A program made the translations under genes and the position numbers. The notes below the pieces were generated by a model, which saw only the letters and a program-made list of their open reading frames with translations, ran no database searches and had not been told where the DNA came from. Source: Macrostomum lignano (taxonomy: Eukaryota). From it: a stretch of 64,000 nucleotides of DNA. Of this stretch, positions 1 to 11,691 are shown one piece after another. Within the stretch, counting starts at the first letter, position 1, and every line of letters starts with the position of its first letter. The stretch is taken from contig NIVC01001175.1 in NCBI GenBank assembly GCA_002269645.1, positions 1-64,000 on the forward strand. The letters run 5' to 3'.

Positions 1-3000
1 TGACTGTCCAGAAACTCCCACACTCGATTCAACCATTGTTTGAGGAACTCGGCTTCCATTCCGAACTCTGAATTTGTTAAAAAGGCAGTGTCAATCCTGC
101 AGATTGCGGCGTGCTCCCTGTGCAGAAGAGTGCGAAAATCCATCAGCTGAAACTTTTTGCACAACTGTTCCTGGATCAAGTAGTTTTGCGTCTTCGAATC
201 AAGCTTGGATAAAAATTTCTTGTGCACAAACTCGTGCTTTGCTTCGCTGTGCGAAAACAAGTCATGGAATTGAGTGAGAAACAGTGGCGTCGATCCATTG
301 TTAAACTCAGAGAGTCGGTTTCCGGCTCCTAAATTCAATGGCACTCCGATGAGATGCTGCACCTCGTCTTGCAGTTCATCAAGCAGATATGCAAGAAGGC
401 TTACAACGGCCTCTGGTGTTTGAAATGATGACGTGCTCACATCACTCGGCAACGAATCTCGAAGTTGCTTGCACGCTGGACCCCTGAGAAATGCGCAAAT
501 TGACACAGCATCAGCTACAGGGCTGAACTCCAGCTGGCTCGACTCAAGCGACTGACGAAGGCCTACATGATCCGGGACCATGATGGGAAATCGCAGTTTA
601 CTCAGGATGTTCTGAAGATACTCGGTCAAATTGTACGGACTCAGGAATGCAGCACTACCGCTGACATCACCTGAGCTCTGTGCTAGCGGCAGCCACTTCA
701 GCTGCATTCTAAGTACAGAGTGCACAGGGAAGATGGCCCATCGAAATCGAAAGGCGTTTTGGAAGACAAGCTTTGCATGCTGGCCCCACAGCGTCTGATT
801 GCTTGCGTGGTACTCTGGAAGAAGGCTGTAGAAGTGGTGTACGCTCTGCACATTCGGATAAACTGCTTTTGCTGCTTCGAGTAGACTGCCGTAGCAGTCA
901 GGCAGAAGCTGAGTGGCCAGCACTTGGTTCCATTGCTCCTTGACATCCACAGCTCCATCCGCCTTCCACAGAGATCTGCGCGATGGGTCCATAATGAAGT
1001 GACCGTTCACGTGTACAGGAAGTGCAGTAGGCACAGGCAATGGCAGCAGACAGTAGACGTGACCTTCAACCTTGCATGTTTCAGTCATGGAAATGGGAGC
1101 AGCGACTCCGGTCTTTGGCAGAATACGCCACTTTCTGGAGGCCACTTGCTGCTGCAGCTGTGCGGGCATGTGGTCCAGTAGACCTCCGAGTTTTTGAAAA
1201 ACGAGCCATCTTTGCTTGAAATTGGTGCCAGTCCCGCTCACCGTGAGTTCGTAGGTGACCGAGCTGACTGGGATGCGGCTTAACTGAGCTCCCCTGCTCC
1301 GCAGCTGCTGACTGGCAGTTTCGCACGCCTCCTTGTAGTTATCAAAGCACCCCGATACATTTTCAACTTCCAACTTGGCTGCAAAAACTGTTGTGAGCTT
1401 GTTGTCAGCCGATACTTCGGAGAGTTGCACTTCACGGATATTCAAGAGAAACAAGGCAGTTCGCCCAAGTTCATTCTTGAATTCGTCGAATAGCTGCTTG
1501 ATATCATCGGCACTTACCGATCGTTCACATATCCTAGATTTTTTAGCTGGGTTTACCGTTCTCAGCGGCAGTCGAAACACGGTTCCTCCGGTTTGCTTCA
1601 AGCTCTCGGGACAGTACCCCGCAAATACGTCGCGAAAAGTATCTTTCATACGCTCGAAGTTCTTGAACATACCTCCTGGAGAAGCCAAATTAGCACCAGG
1701 CATGTACCTGCAGTGCGGATCCATCACGCAGAAAATCTTTCCATCGGACAGAAATGAGGGCGCATCCGTGATGTTGTACACACAGTTGAACCCGATGCCG
1801 TACTGTCCAGCTTTCCATGCGTCGTCTTGCTTGGACCCGAGACCGAGATTCTGGATGCCTTCGATGTCCGCATCGGAGAATGTCGAGTCGTTGTAGACAA
1901 GTAACGCGGGTCCCTGCAGCTCCTTCCAGCTGTCACTCAGCACTTTCTCGGTCCCGTGATGCCGACGATCGATGATGAAGCTGATCTTTGATGCCCCAGC
2001 ATCATCTGCATTCTGAATGAGTTCCTTGAAGAGCTCGATTCCAAGCGGGTATCCGGAAATGATGTTCTGCAGTCTGGTTGTGAGGTCCTCGTGTTGGCCG
2101 AAAGGCAGAGGCTGCATCGCTTGAGCCAGCATGCTTTCTCTCTGGTTTGGAATTCCAAGCTTCTGGCACAGTCCGAAGGAGATATTTTCGTGGCAGAAGA
2201 AGGTCTCATTTGGTAGTTGCACAGACTGCATCCAAGGCAGGTTGTTAAAGCACAGTTGTGTGCAGGGTCTCAGAATGCGGCTATGGTCAGGTGCGAGCAA
2301 GCTCTCAGTCGCCAAGGCTTCATCCTGACGGCGGCCGATCTGATCGAGTATTTTAAGGCTCAAATCTAGATCGCCAGGCGTTAGTGGTGCCGAGAAGGAA
2401 CGCTGAGAAATAAGTTTAAGCACACCTGCAAAGTGCGATGCCGTGAACTTTTCATTGACTCCAGATGCCCTGAAGAAGCTTTCGCACTGAATGTCGCATA
2501 GTTCGGAAGGCAGAACATGAAGAAATGGCTCAAATCCCGCATCAGATCTCGACAGACTCACTTGAGCAGCCCTAATGAAACCTGATGGAGACCAAATAAT
2601 GTTCGGAGTCTGATTCACCATGCAAAGGACGCTATTCGCATTGAGATAACCGGAAGAGATTTGGGCACTGAGGTGTCGATAAACGCACCGGCTCACTCGC
2701 AGAGTTTCTTCATTGCCAGCTTGGGTGCCGGCCAGAGCTACCAGCTGCTGCCAAGCCACCTCATTGGCGACGTAACTCACGTTCAAAACTCCGATTTGAG
2801 CCAAAAGATCTTGTCTGCTTGATGAGGCAACATCACGCAGCACCGTCTCGTCCAAAATAAGGTATGAAGCCGAAACGAGATCTTTGCAGCTGGCATCAAA
2901 CAGCTGACAAGGCTGGAAAAGTTGCGTTTTTGGATACTGATATGAAAGCCGGACAAGGCAACTGTTGTTAAGTTTCTTCAAGGCAGGTAGAAATGCTACG

Positions 3001-5294
3001 TTTCTCAGCTGACCAATCGGCTGGTTTGAAAACCGAGAACGGAACGAATCCAAGTACGAAAGCAGCAACACCGTGCGCTCGGTTCTCTGAGGCTCGGAGA
3101 GCGCAGCAACTGACTGGGCGCGACTCAGCAACTCGGCCCCACTGAGATCCGCACGGAGCCCGACTGTGCGGAGCGCTCTCAGCCGATCCGGTGTCTGCAG
3201 GTCACCGTGAGGAAACACATTTGCGTTAATTTCAAACAGCCTTGCAGCCTGACAGCTGGAGTCCAGAATCTGCAGAGGCTGACACAGGGCGTTTCCAACG
3301 TTAGGAATGCAATAGGACTGCTTCAACTGATTTACAACGCTTTGAGTTACAATTTTAGAAGTGGAGCTCCAGTCTGCATTGCCTCCACCACTGATGACAT
3401 CCAGCATGAATTTCAGCGCTCTAAAGCAGTCCTCAGAGTAGCCTGACTGCCACAGGCGAGACATGTTCGGCACCAAATTAAGCAGCAGTGTCTCGCCCGA
3501 CCATTGACGCTGCAAAATCTTGTTCGTCAGTCCCAGCTGCTCCACAGTTCGTCGAACTCCATCAGTCAACGATGCTACACCTTCGTGCTGACCCACGAGT
3601 CCCGTGGCGAGTCGACTCAAACAATCTGAAATCCCACCCAGTGACAGGATGCTGGGATCCAGAAACACCGTGTGTCCAAAACTCTTCCACCCAGCTGATG
3701 TGTGAAAGATTGGCGTCTGACCGTCAAGCATGGAGGCGTAGAACTTCTCAATGAGAGGCCGCCACACTGACTGAGTAGCTCTGTCGAATCGAGGCCACAG
3801 CTCTTGCGAAATCTCTGCATTCACCAAAGACATTCCGCTTAGAATCTTCAGAGCGTCGATGTAGGCAGGACAAATGACGTCTGTGAGCAGCACTCGGTTC
3901 CACTCGCCGAGATTCCACACGCCCTGCTTTTCGTCGACCGTGACCTCGTTGAGGTGTCGTCGGCTCGAGGTGACGGAGAAGCTCGCGTTCAGCATCACTG
4001 GGAATGGATTTTCGACAGGCAGCGGTAGGAAACAGAACAGCAGCGAGGCCGGCTGTGTGTCACGTGAAAGAGGCACGATCCTGTGAGACTGCTCGATGGG
4101 CAGCGCCACGGCTCCCACAGGCGCCAGTCCGAGACGACGCTGCTCCAACGCGACAGCGAGCGACTGCCCAGTACCGACAGCAGCGCACACGAGCCACACT
4201 CTGGTGGAGGCGACTGTGCTGATCTGGAACTGGTCATAAGCTGAGTCTCCAAGCTGAACCTCAACCTCGACAGTCGCTTGACAGCGATGTGCTTGATTTT
4301 GTCCTGGCCGTCCTTGAGTAGCAGATTCGATCAGAGCTTCGGCTACCTTGAGAATGGAGCTCTGAGCAGCGAACTCTTGATCCGCCTGTGACATTCCTGA
4401 TATTGGTAGCGGTGGCAGTGCAATGGCATGTCGCTGGAAATATTTGAGAGGGCTCTTGTGAACGCAGAACACGAGTTGAGCTTGATTTGAAGGATCGGTC
4501 GCATTGGACGGCAGGAACAGACACCGGAATGTTCGCACTGTCTGGGTGAACAGAAGCATAGTGTCAGCTTGTTCTGCAACCAGTCTCAGCAAGCCGCGGA
4601 TCTCTGAGTCAGAGTACACGCGATCGCAGATCTTCGACTTCGCTGCCTGAGCCTCAGTGCGCAGTGGAAGACGCAGCAGCGTGCCGGCGAAGTTTCCTTC
4701 ATCCGCTTGCAGATTGCAGCCTGAGACCCCAGCGAACGGTGCAAACTGGTTGGCGTACCGATCCAGCAGACTCGGCTGTGCTTGAAAGTCGAGCTCAACT
4801 CCAGTGTCCCTGTCCCCGTGACTCGCGTACACCGCCTCCAAGTAGCCCTCGCCCCTGCGCTCACCATGCGGGTCGAGGATCAGCATTCGGTGTCGACTGA
4901 GGATCTGCGGCACGTCAGTCAGGTTGTACACCGAGTTGAAGCCCAGACCGAAGCGACCGACCTTGGCCGTCTTCTCCAGCTTGGTGGCTCCGCTCAGCTG
5001 CAGGATGTTGTCGAAGTCCTCGTCGCTGAAGGTGGCGTTGTTGAAGGCCCACAGCGCCCGTCCCTGATAGTCGGCCATCGCCGGGTCGAGCAGCGACTCG
5101 GAGCCGCGCCAGTCGGAGTTCTCGCGACAGTCGTAGAGCAGCGTGACCTCGGTGGCGCCCGCGTCGTCAGCGTTCTGCAGCAGCTCCTTGGGCACCGCCA
5201 GACCGTCAGAGTACTCGTCGAGCAGTCGCTTGAGTCGTCGGGTGAGCGGCTCGGACTGTCCACGCAGACGCAGGCCGTCGGAGGTCTGGGCCAT
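1..5294 (-). CDS. SACS: Second sacsin-like paralogue, 5' part only (runs off the window start)
   Basis: Colinear with 19961-25254 at a constant 19,960-bp offset (all shadow ORFs shift by 19,960); roughly 90-95% identical by eye. No sacsin-frame ORF fragments appear in the ORF track, consistent with the frame staying open to position 1. An in-frame upstream ATG also exists at 5354. Confidence 0.88.
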   Translation of the reverse strand, partial: MAQTSDGLRLRGQSEPLTRRLKRLLDEYSDGLAVPKELLQNADDAGATEVTLLYDCRENSDWRGSESLLDPAMADYQGRALWAFNNATFSDEDFDNILQLSGATKLEKTAKVGRFGLGFNSVYNLTDVPQILSRHRMLILDPHGERRGEGYLEAVYASHGDRDTGVELDFQAQPSLLDRYANQFAPFAGVSGCNLQADEGNFAGTLLRLPLRTEAQAAKSKICDRVYSDSEIRGLLRLVAEQADTMLLFTQTVRTFRCLFLPSNATDPSNQAQLVFCVHKSPLKYFQRHAIALPPLPISGMSQADQEFAAQSSILKVAEALIESATQGRPGQNQAHRCQATVEVEVQLGDSAYDQFQISTVASTRVWLVCAAVGTGQSLAVALEQRRLGLAPVGAVALPIEQSHRIVPLSRDTQPASLLFCFLPLPVENPFPVMLNASFSVTSSRRHLNEVTVDEKQGVWNLGEWNRVLLTDVICPAYIDALKILSGMSLVNAEISQELWPRFDRATQSVWRPLIEKFYASMLDGQTPIFHTSAGWKSFGHTVFLDPSILSLGGISDCLSRLATGLVGQHEGVASLTDGVRRTVEQLGLTNKILQRQWSGETLLLNLVPNMSRLWQSGYSEDCFRALKFMLDVISGGGNADWSSTSKIVTQSVVNQLKQSYCIPNVGNALCQPLQILDSSCQAARLFEINANVFPHGDLQTPDRLRALRTVGLRADLSGAELLSRAQSVAALSEPQRTERTVLLLSYLDSFRSRFSNQPIGQLRNVAFLPALKKLNNSCLVRLSYQYPKTQLFQPCQLFDASCKDLVSASYLILDETVLRDVASSSRQDLLAQIGVLNVSYVANEVAWQQLVALAGTQAGNEETLRVSRCVYRHLSAQISSGYLNANSVLCMVNQTPNIIWSPSGFIRAAQVSLSRSDAGFEPFLHVLPSELCDIQCESFFRASGVNEKFTASHFAGVLKLISQRSFSAPLTPGDLDLSLKILDQIGRRQDEALATESLLAPDHSRILRPCTQLCFNNLPWMQSVQLPNETFFCHENISFGLCQKLGIPNQRESMLAQAMQPLPFGQHEDLTTRLQNIISGYPLGIELFKELIQNADDAGASKISFIIDRRHHGTEKVLSDSWKELQGPALLVYNDSTFSDADIEGIQNLGLGSKQDDAWKAGQYGIGFNCVYNITDAPSFLSDGKIFCVMDPHCRYMPGANLASPGGMFKNFERMKDTFRDVFAGYCPESLKQTGGTVFRLPLRTVNPAKKSRICERSVSADDIKQLFDEFKNELGRTALFLLNIREVQLSEVSADNKLTTVFAAKLEVENVSGCFDNYKEACETASQQLRSRGAQLSRIPVSSVTYELTVSGTGTNFKQRWLVFQKLGGLLDHMPAQLQQQVASRKWRILPKTGVAAPISMTETCKVEGHVYCLLPLPVPTALPVHVNGHFIMDPSRRSLWKADGAVDVKEQWNQVLATQLLPDCYGSLLEAAKAVYPNVQSVHHFYSLLPEYHASNQTLWGQHAKLVFQNAFRFRWAIFPVHSVLRMQLKWLPLAQSSGDVSGSAAFLSPYNLTEYLQNILSKLRFPIMVPDHVGLRQSLESSQLEFSPVADAVSICAFLRGPACKQLRDSLPSDVSTSSFQTPEAVVSLLAYLLDELQDEVQHLIGVPLNLGAGNRLSEFNNGSTPLFLTQFHDLFSHSEAKHEFVHKKFLSKLDSKTQNYLIQEQLCKKFQLMDFRTLLHREHAAICRIDTAFLTNSEFGMEAEFLKQWLNRVWEFLDS

Positions 5295-5398
5295 TCTGGA
5301 GTGCGTATGGTTTTTGAGTGATTTGAACTTTGATTGAAATACATGAGAGTGCATGACTTGATGCACGGGTTTGCGTGATTGGCCATTGTGTTGTAAAC

Positions 5399-5750
5399 TG
5401 TCCAATTGCTAGTGAGACAAATAACGAAGACAGAATGACTAACACTTAGGAAGGCTATATTTAGCAAGAGGCGGGCAGTGAAAGTTTTAACGGTAAAAAG
5501 TCGTAAAAGGTAGGAAGAGAGAGACCTGGCTATATTTAAAGGTAATAAAACTGGACTTCTTCGTGCGCCATGCGCACGGAGAGGTCTAAAATATCGATCG
5601 TAAAATTATTATACGAAACGCCTTAAGTAAGCACGAAGCAGGAAAAATAAAAACGGCCCGATTTGGGGCCAACAAACGCAATATACACTCGTACATCGTA
5701 GAGTGAATAGGAAATGATACGAATATTGTCAATTTTAGATAAATCTGACA
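5399..5750. mobile_element. Solo-LTR-like insertion (352 bp) just upstream of sacsin copy 1
   Basis: TGTC...GACA termini; flanks TAAAC/GAAAC (5-bp TSD, one mismatch); the homologous site in copy 2 (25351-25370, CATTGTGTTGGAAACCC) is empty. Confidence 0.65.
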
Positions 5751-7506
5751 GAAACCCAATCTTCTCTTTTCTTAGTTGTCGTGCAACTAACTTCGCATTC
5801 GACTCAAATCAGGTTTGAAATAATTTAAAATTGAAATAAATTCAATATTGGAGTCGGAGGTTGCACGAAAGCTTTTCTTCTTGCCCGCTTGTTTCTGACT
5901 TTGATCTCAGCGGGATCTTTGTATCTCTCTCCTTAGTGCTCTCTCATTGGCTGAGCTGGATCGGGTCTGACCCCTAGGCTAAGTTTCATCTGTCTTGCGT
6001 TCACTTGTGTACATCGACATGCAGCCGAAATCTGCTAACGAGAGCCCTAACCAAAACTGGCGATCAGCAATTTGGCTAGCCGAACTTCGTGTAATTCGCC
6101 AGAGACAATTGTGCTACGATGATTCGATTTGCGCTTAATCGCTCTATTGACTCATTTTGTCGTGTTGATTATAGATCTTATATTCCCTAGATAGGCCACT
6201 TTGTATGGCGGTAATACGGAAAGTTCGACCGCTGTTTTAGGTCACTTGTGCGAAAAAGCTGGCATGGGTTGCTTATAAATTTGAGTTCAGTAGCTTAGGG
6301 ACATAGACGCTATTTTTGAGAATTTACGACGTAATAGAACTTCTCATGAATTGAATAAAAAGCTGCTCAATCAAACAACTAACAATGAGTAAATAAACAG
6401 TGGCCCCAGTGCGTGACAACGATTGTTTTGCGAGCGCCGGTAATGACATTAACACTCAAAAATAGTGCAGTAGAAACATTGCTAAGCGCTTTCGTCTATG
6501 GCATTAGTTGGCGCCGGAAGGAGTCGAGGAGGGGGGAGAGTGAGAATGGGGGTGTGGGCGAAGCCCCCACTTTCTACAATGAAATTTAAATAAATTTTAG
6601 TCTATGGCCCACATCGACATTAATATGCACTGTAGTTTTTTGATCCCATAAAGAGGGAGACAGAAGTTTTAAGAGAGCTGAGTAGAAAGACAGCAGATTT
6701 GATTGCTTGCATCTTTCATTTACGCAAACAAAATCGAAATGGCTGGACGCAGAGCCAACTACAGTGGCAGAAGTTCTGCCTCCTCTATTTAACTACGGAG
6801 CTATGCCGAATGGAGATTTCAGGAGTAACATCCGGCGAATTCGACTTGATTTGCAAGTCATTCGATCATGCCCAAGGTCATTAGACAGTCGAGATGCAGC
6901 GAACCGCTATAGATTCTCTGAGAAAAGCTGCTGGAGGCTTTCGCTATCTTCTGGCATGGAGCAGCTCTGGCATCATCGTCTATGGCCCGAAAGTTTGATC
7001 TTTGGTGTTGATTAGCAGTGACGCAAATTACAATACATTGCGTCCTGCGAAGTTGTATTTTACATGCAATTGAAAATAACCCAAACAGAAGTTTCATTGT
7101 GGTACTTGCATGACAAGAATCTGGATGTACTTCATATACACTACAAAATGAGTTTGATAATTCTATGCTCGTTGACACTTTTTAAAATGTGTTTCTACTT
7201 TGGTCAAGATAAACTTTTTTTCTTAAAGTGTTTAGGAAAAGGCCGATGGGGCTAAAATTATAAGCGTTTCCAAGAACTCAATCATAAAATTTGAAGCCAG
7301 GTAGTTCAGGTAGTTAGGTTTTAACGTATCTACACAATTCTCAGTCTAAATAGCAGTACGAGCATATTTACTCATACGAATCAAAGCGGCTCAAATCGAA
7401 ATCAAAACACGCAACAGATAAGAGAGCAAAGCAGCAAGTTCGGCCAGCAAATTACTACTAAAAGCTTGGTACTCCTACTCCACCATATGCGCCTGAGGAG
7501 AAAATC

Positions 7507-7929
7507 CACAGATACTAAAATATCTAGATGGGCCACTCAGGCACATTTTTTTACTTAGTAAAACAGCTTTCTACTTCCAGTTCAGTAGCAAAGAAGAATA
7601 TATCAGCTATTTTAGAAAAGTAAAGGCAGCTGAAACGACTGATTAAGTTTTGAAGCCCAACCTTGAGGACGTGCATGTACTTGCTAATTGGTTCAGCAAT
7701 ATGTACCTTAGCCCGTCCACTGAAATGTACATGGCAGCTTTAGGTTGGAATTCCGAAAAAGACAATAAAAATTGGGGCGGGGCGGCGAATAGTGTGGAAA
7801 CGCTGGGACTAAGAGCCAATTAATGAGCCTTGGTTTTAATATTTCATTAAATGATTAATTCTGCTTTACTTACTACTGCACTGAAAGTAGATGTGCTGAG
7901 TGGCCCATCCAGTTATTACAGTATCTGTG
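7507..7929 (+). mobile_element. MITE with about 34-bp TIRs (CACAGATACT...AGTATCTGTG), copy 1 of 3
   Basis: CACAGATACTAAAATATCTAGATGGGCCACTCAG versus CTGAGTGGCCCATCCAGTTATTACAGTATCTGTG; interior homologous to 15709-16164 and 27189-27694. No TSD seen. Confidence 0.75.
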
Positions 7930-7949
7930 CTTGCACTGACCCAAATCCC

Positions 7950-8680
7950 TCCCTCAGCACTGACCCCAAACACTCAGCACTGACCCCAGTCCCTCACTCA
8001 GCACTGACCCCAGCACTCAGCACTGACCCCAGTCCCTCACTCAGCACTGACCCCAGCACTCAGCACTGACCCCAGCACTCAGAACTGACCCCAGTTTCTC
8101 ACTCAGCACTGACCCCAAGTACTCAGCACTGCACCAGTCCCTCACTCAGCACTGACCCCAGTCCCTCGGCCTCACTCAGCACTGACACCAGTCCCTCACT
8201 CAGCACTGGCACCAGTCCCTCACTCAGCACTGACACCAGTCCCTCACTCAGCACTGACCCCAAGTACTCAGCACTGCACCAGTCCCTCACTCAGCACTGA
8301 CCCCAGTCCCTCACTCAGCACTGACCCCAGTTCCTCACTCAGCACTGACCCCAGTCCCTTACTCAGCACTGACCCCAGTTCCTCACTCAGCACTGACCCC
8401 AGTTCCTCACTCAGCACTGACCCCAGTCCCTTACTCAGCACTGGCACCAGTCCCTCACTCAGCACTGACACCAGTCCCTCACTCAGCACTGGCACCAGTC
8501 CCTCACTCAGCACTGACACCAGTCCCTCACTCAGCACTGACCCCAAGTACTCAGCACTGCACCAGTCCCTCACTCAGCACTGACACCAGTCCCTCACTCA
8601 GCACTGACACCAGTCCCTCCCTCAGCACTGACACCAGTCCCTCCCTCAGCACTATCCCAGTTTCTCTTAGCACTGCAGCA
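7950..8680. repeat. 24-bp minisatellite (CCAGTCCCTCACTCAGCACTGACM)
   Basis: About 30 tandem units; same family as 28808-32275. Confidence 0.95.
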
Positions 8681-9592
8681 TAGACACCAGCGTAACTATA
8701 AGCAGGTACACATGCACGCAGAAATGGCCAAAGGTTCCCTAATTTCAAAATCACAATTTTAGTGACATTATTTTTTGCAGTAACTCGGCAACGAAAAATG
8801 GAGCTGTATAAAAAAAGTTCTTACCGTTTGTATCAAAAGAGGTTTGGAAAAACAATAGGTGGAATTGATTTTTTTCTTAGAGAAGTTTCACGATCGAGTA
8901 ACTACTCAATTGATTGCGAGCTGTTAACGATATCAGTGCATTGTGTGTATCATTATATACTGTCGCTTTCCTAACGAGATGTCATTTCCAGGAAATTCAC
9001 TGTACATTACCGGTATGTACACGAATTTCTTGTAAATTGTCCAACCAGACTCACTGTGCTCATAAGTGGGAGAATTTTCTGTCATTACCAACTCTGTCCA
9101 ACTCCCAGTCCCAGCATCTGCATGTACATGTACAGTTTAAGGGGATCGAAAGTTACTCTGGAGAAATGGACTTAAAAATGTGCGCCATTCTTTCAGTTTA
9201 CCCGTGGAAGCATAGCAACAAAACATTCCCGGGGTAGAAAGTCGAGAAGACAGTACTATTGACATCACCGCTATTGTCTCCAGCTCTTACTGTCTCAACA
9301 GCTACATCAGTCTCAGTCGCTATTGTGTTTCCTGCGACAATGCCCCAAGCACTCCTCTGGCGGGCAAGCGTCGTCACATTACATGCAGAGTGTCAGGGAA
9401 GAGAGAGAGAGAGAGAAGTGAGTGACTGAGTGAGGAGAGGCCGCTAACCTCCTCTCCGTTCCCCACGCGTCTACCTCTGCTCACCCCATCTCTCGTGCCA
9501 TAGAATGAGGAATAATTCTTGATAACTAACGCCAGTCTTATCGCCATTGCCAGTCAGCTTTCAGTTCATTGATGAGAAGTATCTGTAGCGAG

Positions 9593-10006
9593 TATAGTAT
9601 GCAACTGAGTTGAATAATGGCCATAGACACTCGTGCGCTACGCGCACTCGAGTTTTGGCCATTATTCAACTCAGTTGCATACTATACAATCTACCATTGC
9701 ATTTATTCAAGCCAGAAGTTTTTCATACTGAAAACTATTTAACAAAAATAAAGCCAAAGAACCATCGCCTTTACGGCTCATTCGTTTAAACTCGCTACTA
9801 CGCGCACTCGAGTTTTGGCCATTATTCAACTCAGTTGCATACTATACAATCTACCATTGCATTTATTCAAGCCAGAAGTTTTTCATACTGAAAACTATTT
9901 AACAAAAATAAAGCCAAAGAACCATCGCCTTTACGGCTCATTCGTTTAAACTCGCTACTACGCGCACTCGAGTTTTGGCCATTATTCAACTCAGTTGCAT
10001 ACTATA
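9593..10006. repeat. 31-bp perfect inverted repeat (hairpin 9593-9686) plus 160-bp tandem repeat (about 2.3 copies)
   Basis: TATAGTATGCAACTGAGTTGAATAATGGCCA at 9593-9623; its reverse complement at 9656, 9816 and 9976; CGCGCACTCG recurs at 9641, 9801, 9961. Confidence 0.9.
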
Positions 10007-11085
10007 AAAGTACATTGTATTTATACTTTCACTCAGCGCTCAGTCATTATTCCACACTTTTGCGGCCATTATTCCACACTTTTGTCGCTGTCATTATTCC
10101 ACACTTTTTATCATGCTTCAATTGGCTGTTTTAAGAGTTGTTTTACCCATAGACGACTGAGTTGTGTGGCTTAGTTTGACCAAAACTATGGCTATAGTGC
10201 ATCTCGTCAAACAGCCGCGCTTATTAATTGAAAAAATCTTCCTGTCGACGACTGAACGAACCGTGCGGCGCTACCGCACCGCACCGCTACCGCAGGAAGA
10301 AAACGTGACCATGCAGTCTTCAACGCCTCGACGGCTATAAACGATGCCTGAAAGCGGTGAATCGATTCAGTCGAGCAGCCGACAGTCCCAAAGAATCCCA
10401 GCTTGGATACTGCGGTACCAAAGAAGCTCATCAGACGAAGCTCATCAGTCGCATGCCAACTTAACCAAGACGTGCATCTTTCAAATGGTAAGTTCGGCAA
10501 CTATACTTGAGCACCTGTATTCCTCTTTCATAGAAAACATTCAACATAGACCAACTCCTTTTGCAGTGCCAAATCATCAGGCTAAAGTGTCGAGCATCTT
10601 TGGAAACTGCGGCTTTGAGAACTGTGCATGTTTCACTTTGGGTGACAAATTGATTTTTACATTGTCAAATTTCGACTACAAACTGATAAACTGCACTAGC
10701 TGTGACATTTATTATTAACTCTTTTCGTGTAGCTGGTACTTTAGTTTTAATGATTTTTCCTTTTTGTTCATTTACTTCTTGTTATTCTGTATTTATTAAC
10801 AAAATACTGAGCGATGGATTTTTTCAATCCAAATGTCTATGGTACACATCAAAACTGTGGAATAATGGCCAAAATATTTTTTCATTGCGTCTGGGTAAAA
10901 GTATAATTACAATGCTGGGTGCTTTTTATTTATACACAATTCCATACAAAATGTTAAAGTTCGGGAATATTCCGGAAGCATGTGCGCGGGAGTTTAAATT
11001 GCCTAATTTAGAATATTGTTTACACGCAAATTTGTAGAACGCGTTCACTTTTGTACGCGCACGGCCATGTCTCGAAATCCACTTT

Positions 11086-11209
11086 GAGAAATTCTCCCTT
11101 AGAGATCGAATTCTCCATCGAATTTTACATCGAATTCCCCCCTTAGAGAAATTCTCCCTTTGAGATCGAATTCTCCATCGAATATTACATCGAATTCTCC
11201 CTCAGAGAA
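11086..11209. repeat. 60-bp tandem duplication rich in ATCGAATT motifs
   Basis: Lines starting 11101 and 11161 are near-identical with period 60. Confidence 0.8.
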
Positions 11210-11691
11210 ACATTTCTCTAGTAAACCCCGAAACAATGATACGGATAGCTTCCAGCAGAAGTATAGCCTGGAAGCGCCTAGAGGGGAGTGGAGCCCGGGA
11301 GAGAGATGGAGGAGGGATAGGGTGAGAGAGAGAGAGAGAGAGGCAGGGAGAGATGTATGGCCGTAGGGCGCCAGCCAATTGTAGGGGGGGGGGTCGATAT
11401 CGATACATACCTCCCCTCTAGAAATGAAAGGTATTGGGTAAAGGTATTGGGAAAGCAATTTGGTAACCCACGAGATTAAGGATTAAAACGAATATACTTT
11501 TAAGGGTAATGATCACAACTGTCAAATATCCTCACGCTTGGAAAAATTCAAACAAACAGGCCGAAACCTTACGTGATTGATGGCACGACAAATATCAGGG
11601 GAAAAGCGCCAGTCACGTGATTCACCAGATCAGTTGTCGCTTAAATGAAGTAAATGAAATAATCGAACTTTGATTATTTACGACATGAAAA

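Noticed and set aside
74-5321. Many 60-190 aa ORFs overlapping the sacsin genes (also 16131-25269)
   Set aside because: Antisense or off-frame shadows of the long GC-rich sacsin frame, duplicated only because the gene is.
6699-7200. Short ORFs that might be a decayed transposase
   Set aside because: Coding-like composition but no recognisable motif; needs a BLASTX search.
7507-7929. RAG/Transib recombination-signal-like ends (CACAGAT)
   Set aside because: Heptamer differs from CACAGTG, no nonamer at 12/23 spacing and no 5-bp TSD.
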